Below, piece by piece: positions 43,809 through 49,900 of a stretch of DNA of 49,900 nucleotides. The DNA comes from Saprospiraceae bacterium (lineage in GTDB: Bacteria; Bacteroidota; Bacteroidia; Chitinophagales; Saprospiraceae). The position numbers and the translations under genes are program-made. The notes under the pieces were generated by a model that ran no database searches, was not told where the DNA came from, and saw only the letters and a list, made by a program, of their open reading frames with translations. The stretch spans positions 1 to 49,900 of the forward strand of contig JADLCC010000231.1 in NCBI GenBank assembly GCA_020847425.1, written 5' to 3'. How positions within the stretch are numbered: position 1 is the stretch's first letter; every line of letters starts with the position of its first letter.

Positions 43809-44942
43809 CTATTTTAAGGCTACGCTTAATGCATCTCGATATGCATCTATCCATTTATGAACTCCTTTCTCCATTCCAAAATGATCTATCACTAATGCAA
43901 ATGCATTAGTCCTAAACTTGTTATAGGATTCAACATCGAGATTGAGTGCCTGGTCAATAGCGCGAGCAAGTATTTCTGGCTGATTTGAACAGTAATAACC
44001 AGATTTATTATCCTCTAGGATTTTCCAAGGCGTACCTGTAGATGCAATAACAGGGGTGCCTTGTGATAACGATTCAGTTACGACATTAGCAAAATTTTCC
44101 GAATGTGAGGGAAGAATAAAAAAATAGGACTCTGCGAACAGTGTAAACTTTTGAGTATCTTGAACATGGCCCACAAATTTCACTTTGGAGCCCAAATGTA
44201 GATCGTCCACCAATCCTTTTATATAGGCCCCATAATCGTTTTGGTGGTCACCAGCGATAACTAATGAGAAATCTGAATTCATGAATTTTTCCGAGAGGCC
44301 AATCGCGATTAATAGGTTCTCAATTCCTTTTATTGGGTGGAATCTACCCAGAAAAAGAAACTGCTTCTTTGGCTCGCACGAGATCCTATCAATACTATCT
44401 ATATAATTAGGAGCCTCAAAAAATCTTGCATTAGGGTTAATATTTTTTTTCACATCCTCTGTTTCTTGCTTCGAAGTAGTATGATAATATGGCTTATCCC
44501 TCACAATGAATCTGACTAGTTTCAGGTAAATATGCTTTTTCAGACTACCATACTTCAATGCTTCTGAAGCAAGTTCGCCCCCCGGATCCCAGAAGATGAC
44601 CTTTCTCATCATTAATGCAATTGCAGCAACAATTAGACTAGGAGGATGAAAAATGGAGTTCAAGTGTACAATATCAGTATTTCGAAGTTGCCACAATGCA
44701 GAAAATGTCATTCTGACAGGCAATTGCATGCTCCTAAATGAATGATAACATACCTGGCCAAATTCATTCTTGATCCAAATATTAGGTATAATATTGCGAT
44801 CAGGGCTGATTTCACTATTTGTAGTTACAACTTTTGTATCCACTCCTTGTCGATGAACAAACTTAACTAACCAGGAGATCGCACTGCTAGGCCCCCCACC
44901 CTGTGAAGGGTAAAATGAACCAATAACATATAAAATTTTCAT
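43809..44942 (-). CDS. Glycosyltransferase family 4 (GT-B fold)
   Basis: N-terminal MKILYVIGSFYPSQGGGPSS and C-terminal ExxxxxxxE region PSHSENFANVVTESLSQGTPVIAS. AT-rich codon usage unlike the neighbouring genes. Confidence 0.85.
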   Translation of the reverse strand: MKILYVIGSFYPSQGGGPSSAISWLVKFVHRQGVDTKVVTTNSEISPDRNIIPNIWIKNEFGQVCYHSFRSMQLPVRMTFSALWQLRNTDIVHLNSIFHPPSLIVAAIALMMRKVIFWDPGGELASEALKYGSLKKHIYLKLVRFIVRDKPYYHTTSKQETEDVKKNINPNARFFEAPNYIDSIDRISCEPKKQFLFLGRFHPIKGIENLLIAIGLSEKFMNSDFSLVIAGDHQNDYGAYIKGLVDDLHLGSKVKFVGHVQDTQKFTLFAESYFFILPSHSENFANVVTESLSQGTPVIASTGTPWKILEDNKSGYYCSNQPEILARAIDQALNLDVESYNKFRTNAFALVIDHFGMEKGVHKWIDAYRDALSVALK

Positions 44943-46060
44943 TAATAAAAATTTGTATGGGTATTTCCGCTAACGCCTAAGAATTCAATTAACTTATTTT
45001 GAGTATTATGAACACAAAAGGGGCATTTTTCAAGTATTATTGAATTAACAACGCGTTCCCTTTGCTCACTTCCCCAAATCTCCTTCAAAGTATTTTCATA
45101 TATATTTCCAATTACCGCATCAGCCTTACCTCTTTTCTGGGTACAGAGATACATATTCCCATCAGCACCAATTATTGTTTTAAACCCCTGCCAATGGCAT
45201 TTAGAATAGTCCCTAGATTGAAAAGCACCTCGATTAAATACATTTTCCATCACATGTACATCAAAGCTATCCCCAGAAAATGTGATGACCTTCTCAATTT
45301 CTTTCAATAACAAACTGTACCAATTATCTGATATACCAATCCCAGCATATGTTTTAAATTGAATATAGTCAGCTCCGGCACTTTTGGCGAGAGAAGCAGC
45401 TAATGATAATTCATGGAAATTTACTTCAGAAATAAAATAGCTAACACCAATTGTCGATTTTCTAGGCTTGGAAGCAACGAGTTTCAAATTTGAAATTACT
45501 CGATTGAAGTCATTACTTTGATGCATGACCTTGTGGGTATCAGCTGTCCCACTATCGATACTGAACCTGACATAGGTTGCATTTTTTTTAATTATTCCTA
45601 CATCGCGGGTTCTCATCAATGCGCCATTTGTAACTAGGCCTACAGAAATACCTAATCCATTAGCATATTCAATAGCATCCACTGTCTTGCTGTGCCCTAA
45701 TGGTTCCCCTCCTCCAATAAATAATATGGATTCAACGCCTAGAGTATGTGCTTCTGAAATCACCTCGAACAGTTTATCCTCTTTCATTCGCTCTTTATGG
45801 CCAGGCTTATGTAGGCTGCTGTATATGCAAAAAGGGCAATCATGATTACAAAAATTTGTTGGGTCGATCTCGATACTTTTTGGAAATGGGTTTTCTCCAT
45901 TGGAGTACCTTGAAAGAAAATCAGGCTGACCAAGCACCCGAAAAGGCTCGAATAAAAATCTACGATTGTGTTTTTTTTCTACCTCGCTATATAAATATGC
46001 AACTCGTTCGGAATCACTCCGAATACCACTGGAGATATCATATATATCTTCATTTATCAT
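44942..46060 (-). CDS. Radical SAM enzyme with Cys-rich C-terminal region
   Basis: CxxxCxxC cluster FCNHDCPFCIY, GGEP motif FIGGGEPL, and extra C-terminal cysteines (CHWQGF...YLCTQ, CPFCVH). Its stop overlaps the GT4 start by 1 nt (TAATG). Confidence 0.85.
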   Translation of the reverse strand: MINEDIYDISSGIRSDSERVAYLYSEVEKKHNRRFLFEPFRVLGQPDFLSRYSNGENPFPKSIEIDPTNFCNHDCPFCIYSSLHKPGHKERMKEDKLFEVISEAHTLGVESILFIGGGEPLGHSKTVDAIEYANGLGISVGLVTNGALMRTRDVGIIKKNATYVRFSIDSGTADTHKVMHQSNDFNRVISNLKLVASKPRKSTIGVSYFISEVNFHELSLAASLAKSAGADYIQFKTYAGIGISDNWYSLLLKEIEKVITFSGDSFDVHVMENVFNRGAFQSRDYSKCHWQGFKTIIGADGNMYLCTQKRGKADAVIGNIYENTLKEIWGSEQRERVVNSIILEKCPFCVHNTQNKLIEFLGVSGNTHTNFY

Positions 46061-46195
46061 AAGTCCATAAGATTTATATTGTCTTTCGAATATATTATAA
46101 CCATTCCCGCTAGCGATTTGAAGCAGGAATGGTCTACTAGTTCTAAATTATCTCAATAACATTGGTCTCGATAAAGTAAGTAAGGTCAGTATAAA

Positions 46196-47575
46196 TCACG
46201 AACCTCCCATCTGCTCAATCCTGTTGCTTGCCCGGCTTTTTTCCGCCTTAAAGCCCATCAGGTGGCTTTCGATACTCGCGTCTATAGTAGACGTAAGCAG
46301 GCTTGGGTCATGTTGCACGATAGCCTGTAACCAGTCGCGCACAAGCCTCCAGTCGCCGCCGCCGTGCATATCGCCTGCTACGGCGCTGTCGTACACCGTG
46401 CTTTTTCCGGTTCGGAAATCCGTCAGGGTGAATTTTTCCATATCTCCCACAATATCGCCCATGCTGCCCATCAGGCGCGTACGGCGGCCTTCGTAGGAGG
46501 TGAATGCCTCCATGGAAAAAGTGGCCGTCACGCCGCCTTCGAACTGTACGGCCATGACGTAATGGTCTTCCTGGTTGTTGTCCATTTTATACACACAGCG
46601 GCCATAGTTGGTCGTGCGCAATTTTTCAAGGATGGCCTCACCCTGTTTTTCCGGTTCTTCCGGCAAATCGAAAACACCCGTGCGCTGCCGGTTCCGGTAA
46701 TAAATTTTCAACGCGGAATACGGGCAGGTACCTTCCACCGAGCAGCCGTCGGTGCAGCGGGCGGTGCTGCCTTCCGGCGCATTTTCGGCCCGGAACCATT
46801 TAAGGCTACCCATCGCTACCACCTGTTTGCAGGGTTTGCCCACGATCCAGCGCAAAATATCGAGGTCGTGGCAACTTTTTGCCAAAAGAATAGGTGTAGT
46901 GGCATTGCGGTCGTGCCAGTTGCCCCGCACATAACTGTGGCTCATGTGCACATGCTCGATCGGTTCGAGGTGTTGTATGCTGATCAGTTCGCCGATCATT
47001 CCGGCCTGAACCACCTCGCGGAGTTTGACGAAATACGGCGCATAGCGCAATACGTGGCAAACGGCTACAATACGCCCGGTTTTTTTGGCCAGTTCCAGTA
47101 TATTCTTGCATTCCTGCTCGCTGGGTGAAATCGGTTTCTCCAGCAAAATATCGTAACCGGCTTTCAGCGCAGCCATACAAGGACCGTAGTGCAGGTTGTC
47201 GGGCGTGGTGATCATTACCGCATCGGCAAATTTGGGGCGCTCAAATACACGTTCCCAGGTATCGAAACGGTTGGCTTCGGGGATGTTGTGTTTTTTGGTG
47301 TAGCGCTCATTGCGGATATCGATGGGTTCGGCCACCCCTACGATATCCATTTCTTCAGGATAACTGAGGGCAAAATTACCGTACACATTGCCCCTGTTGC
47401 CCGCACCCAGCGTAATCACTGAAACCGGGCGAACGGGTTTGACAAAGCCCGGGTATTTATCCAGGGCTGGTATTTTTTCAAAATAGTTTTCGGACTCTTC
47501 GCTAAAGCCGCTCAACACAGCGACTCCGGTAGCGGCTCCAAGGGTTTGTAATAATTTGCGGCGCGTGATAGGCAT
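46196..47575 (-). CDS. Gfo/Idh/MocA-family oxidoreductase with Tat signal
   Basis: Start trimmed to 47575 (MPITRRKLLQTLGAATGVAVLSG twin-arginine signal). Rossmann motif VITLGAGNRGN and EKP motif ILLEKPIS. Confidence 0.85.
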   Translation of the reverse strand: MPITRRKLLQTLGAATGVAVLSGFSEESENYFEKIPALDKYPGFVKPVRPVSVITLGAGNRGNVYGNFALSYPEEMDIVGVAEPIDIRNERYTKKHNIPEANRFDTWERVFERPKFADAVMITTPDNLHYGPCMAALKAGYDILLEKPISPSEQECKNILELAKKTGRIVAVCHVLRYAPYFVKLREVVQAGMIGELISIQHLEPIEHVHMSHSYVRGNWHDRNATTPILLAKSCHDLDILRWIVGKPCKQVVAMGSLKWFRAENAPEGSTARCTDGCSVEGTCPYSALKIYYRNRQRTGVFDLPEEPEKQGEAILEKLRTTNYGRCVYKMDNNQEDHYVMAVQFEGGVTATFSMEAFTSYEGRRTRLMGSMGDIVGDMEKFTLTDFRTGKSTVYDSAVAGDMHGGGDWRLVRDWLQAIVQHDPSLLTSTIDASIESHLMGFKAEKSRASNRIEQMGGS

Positions 47576-47921
47576 AACAGAAGGACAATTGAAGGTGAAC
47601 GTTGGAAGCGTTGCCAAAGGTAAATAATTGAACATGAATTTCCATCTGCATGACAACCGCATATGCCCGGTGCAAGGTTAGTGCACCATAAATGGTTGTA
47701 ATGTTTAACTTTTAAGGCGATTGAACGTGCAACAATTAAACATTTTTGCCAAAAACCGACAGTTAGCGGTCATTTATACCAACCAAATTCAGGACATGCT
47801 GTTTGTGTTGTTGTATTGCGGCGGCCAGGGAAACGGCACACATCCAGTTTATCCGGTTTTTGCCCTTTATGATTTTTTACTCATCTCAGGTTCATATCCA
47901 TTTAAAACAATTTCACAAACC

Positions 47922-49580
47922 ATGCGTAACGCCCTTTCCTTACTCGCTTTTCTGCTCTTCATGGGCAACCTCTTTTCCCAGACAGCCCGTGTACAAATCA
48001 TACACAATGCCCCTACGCCCACGGTGGATATTTATGCGGGCACAGACAAGTTACTCGACAATTTCGCTTTCCGGACCGCCACACCTTTTATCGACGTACC
48101 TGCAGATGTTGTTATCGCTATCGGTGTCGCTCTGGGCAACAGCGCTGCTGCTTCGGAATCCATCGCTACCTTCGACGTTTCCTTTGAATCAGGCAAAACA
48201 TACGTCGTTGTGGCTACCGGTGTTGTCGGCGGCAACCCGGGTTTCACCCTGAAGGTATTTGATATGGGCCTGGAGACAACCACAGATCCCAATAACGTTG
48301 GCATCCTGTTTTTCCACGGCTCTCCCGATGCGCCGACGGTGGATGTGCTGACAGGCGGCGCACCGATCATCAACGACGCTTCCTATGGTGATTTCCAGGG
48401 GTATTTGCAGGTGCCTGCAGCCAGTTATGACCTGAGTGTCACACCCGGAAACGACAACAACACCATTGTGGCTTCCTACCGCGCCGATCTTTCGTTCTGG
48501 AAAGGCCGCACCGCCGTCATCTTTGCCAGCGGATTTCTGGGTAGCGGCAGCCCCAAATTTGAGCCATGGGTGGCCCTGAGCAACGGCGGCACCTTCCCTT
48601 TGCAAACCCTGGCAGCGCCGCCTACCCCGCCGCTTACTACGGCCCGTGTACAGATTATCCACAATGCGCCTACTCCTACCGTGGATGTGTACGCAGGTGA
48701 TGCGCTGCTGCTCGACAATTTTGTTTTCCGCACCGCTACACCTTTTATTGATGTGCCGGCCGGTGTAACCATTCCGATTGGCGTGGCCTTGGGTACAAGT
48801 ACATCGGCAACTGACGCTATCGCTACGTTCCCGGTACAATTCCAGGCAGGCAAACGGTATGTGGTTGTAGCGACAGGGATTGTTGGTGGAACGCCGGGAT
48901 TCACCCTGGCCGTATTCGACATGGGCCTGGAAACCGTAGCCGCCAATAACGTCGGCATTCTGTTCTTCCACGGTTCGCCGGATGCGCCTACCGTCGATGT
49001 ACTGACCGGAGGAGCGCCCATTATCGACAACGCTTCTTATGGCGATTTCCAGGGGTATCTGGAAGTACCCGCAGCGAGCTACGAACTCAGCATAACGCCC
49101 GGTAACGACAACAATACCGTGGTGGCAAAATACCAGGCTGATCTTTCTTTCTGGAAAGGCCGCACCGCCGTCGTTTTTGCCAGCGGCTTCCTGAGCGGCG
49201 CAAATCCCGGCTTCGAGCCCTGGGTTGCCTTGAGCAATGGCGGTACCTTCCCGCTTCAGGCGATCCCTCAGTTGCAAAACCCTTCGGATGATCTGCAACT
49301 GCGCAGCGCAGGTTTTGTAACCCGCCTCAGCGCTTTCCCCAACCCTACAGCCGGCCGTTTTACCATAAACCTGGAACTGGAAGACGCGACCGATATGCAG
49401 GCTATTGTGGCCAATAAACTGGGCCAGGTGGTGCGCGAAAGCAACTTTGGCGCATTGCCCAAAGGATTCAATACCCTGGAATTTGAACTGGGCGATCTGC
49501 CGGCCGATCAGTATTACATTTCATTGCGCAGCAAAACGGGCGTGCAGAGCATCCCGGTGCTGGTAGTGGGAAGGCCGTAG
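47922..49580 (+). CDS. Tandem DUF4397-like domain protein with T9SS C-terminal sorting domain
   Basis: Start trimmed to the ATG at 47922 (MRNALSLLAFLLFMGNLFSQ signal). Two ~219-aa units start with ARVQIIHNAPTPTVD(I/V)YAG. C-terminus FPNPTAGRFTINLEL...YYISLRS resembles a Por CTD. Confidence 0.75.
   Translation: MRNALSLLAFLLFMGNLFSQTARVQIIHNAPTPTVDIYAGTDKLLDNFAFRTATPFIDVPADVVIAIGVALGNSAAASESIATFDVSFESGKTYVVVATGVVGGNPGFTLKVFDMGLETTTDPNNVGILFFHGSPDAPTVDVLTGGAPIINDASYGDFQGYLQVPAASYDLSVTPGNDNNTIVASYRADLSFWKGRTAVIFASGFLGSGSPKFEPWVALSNGGTFPLQTLAAPPTPPLTTARVQIIHNAPTPTVDVYAGDALLLDNFVFRTATPFIDVPAGVTIPIGVALGTSTSATDAIATFPVQFQAGKRYVVVATGIVGGTPGFTLAVFDMGLETVAANNVGILFFHGSPDAPTVDVLTGGAPIIDNASYGDFQGYLEVPAASYELSITPGNDNNTVVAKYQADLSFWKGRTAVVFASGFLSGANPGFEPWVALSNGGTFPLQAIPQLQNPSDDLQLRSAGFVTRLSAFPNPTAGRFTINLELEDATDMQAIVANKLGQVVRESNFGALPKGFNTLEFELGDLPADQYYISLRSKTGVQSIPVLVVGRP
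47982..49265 (+). repeat. Intragenic tandem duplication (2 x ~657 nt) within the DUF4397-like gene
   Basis: Unit 1 starts with ACAGCCCGTGTACAAATCATACACAATGCC at 47982. Unit 2 starts with ACGGCCCGTGTACAGATTATCCACAATGCG at 48639. The encoded units are collinear and highly similar. Confidence 0.85.
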
Positions 49581-49588
49581 GTTTTTGA

Positions 49589-49757
49589 GGTTGATAAGGG
49601 TTGATAAGGGTTGATAAAGGTTGATAAAGGTTGATAAGGGTTTATAAGGGTTGATAATAGCCACTCAAATAGAGGGAAATCACGTCATCGAGTGCCCCTT
49701 ATAAACCCTTATCAACCCTTATCAACCTTTATCAACCTTTATCAACCCTTATCAACC
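49589..49757. repeat. Word-arm hairpin, family B (10-nt GGTTGATAAG units), copy 2
   Basis: Seven 10-nt units are opposed by six CCTTATCAAC-type units, with about two mismatches over ~60 bp. Lies between convergent stops 49580 and 49764. Confidence 0.9.
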
Positions 49758-49763
49758 TACACA

Positions 49764-49900
49764 TTATTGCAGCGCAAACCGCACCGGCAGCGTAAACCGC
49801 ACTTTCACTGCATGGCCGGCGGCTTCACCCGGTGTCCAGCGCGGCATGTTTTTGACCACGCGCAGGGCCTCTTTGCCACATCCGCCGCCGATTTCTTTCA
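49764..49900 (-). CDS. TonB-like protein, C-terminal domain (3' end only; gene continues beyond the window)
   Basis: My minus-strand translation gives KEIGGGCGKEALRVVKNMPRWTPGEAAGHAVKVRFTLPVRFALQ*, matching the TonB C-terminal pattern (GCG.EA.R....P.W.PG...G..V.......P..F). Not in the ORF track because it is truncated. Confidence 0.55.
   Translation of the reverse strand, partial: KEIGGGCGKEALRVVKNMPRWTPGEAAGHAVKVRFTLPVRFALQ

Larger units (their letters stand above)
43809..46195. other. Low-G+C two-gene island (radical SAM + GT4)
   Basis: By eye about one-third G+C, against clearly more than half in the flanking genes. The boundaries coincide with the hairpin at 43746-43807 and the Gfo/Idh/MocA stop at 46196. 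Confidence 0.7.

Noticed and set aside
43809-46195. A mobile element (IS, integrase or tRNA-linked island) as the explanation for the AT-rich island.
   Set aside because: I see no transposase, integrase, tRNA or flanking direct repeats. Only the compositional anomaly is supported, so it is reported as an island rather than a mobile element.
49589-49757. Possible CRISPR array, because of regularly spaced short repeats.
   Set aside because: The units are contiguous 10-mers with no spacers. The two halves are inverted copies of each other, and no cas genes are present.

Overview
The window reads as a Bacteroidota chromosomal segment. Evidence: two SusC/SusD pairs, two proteins with T9SS C-terminal sorting domains, TAnnTTTG -7 promoter boxes, no Shine-Dalgarno reliance. 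I support about 35 protein genes and find no rRNA, tRNA, CRISPR array, transposase or integrase. All product calls rest on motifs I recognise in the translations; no database search was possible. Genes are mostly housekeeping or envelope functions: hemC, pdxJ, a dipeptide epimerase, a DAG-kinase-family lipid kinase, an SSF symporter, an EamA transporter, an Omp85-family protein, an OmpA-family protein, a GH13 amylase, a vapBC-type toxin-antitoxin pair, a Wzx-like flippase, a CPBP protease and a Tat-exported Gfo/Idh/MocA oxidoreductase. Three things stand out. (1) 12 of the ~26 intergenic gaps longer than 70 nt hold long imperfect hairpins whose arms are degenerate tandem arrays of a short 7-10 nt 'word'. 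There are at least eight word families and several recur within the window. One copy sits in only one of two paralogous loci, which suggests insertion or loss. I do not recognise this repeat class, and it is my main candidate for something undescribed. (2) A tail-to-tail mirror duplication of a SusC/SusD/unknown-lipoprotein triplet (28228-39943) has no CAZyme or regulator. (3) A strongly AT-rich two-gene island (43809-46195) encodes a translationally coupled radical SAM enzyme and a GT4 glycosyltransferase. Many ORF-track starts were trimmed to internal ATGs that expose signal peptides. Long antisense ORFs were rejected as shadow ORFs.
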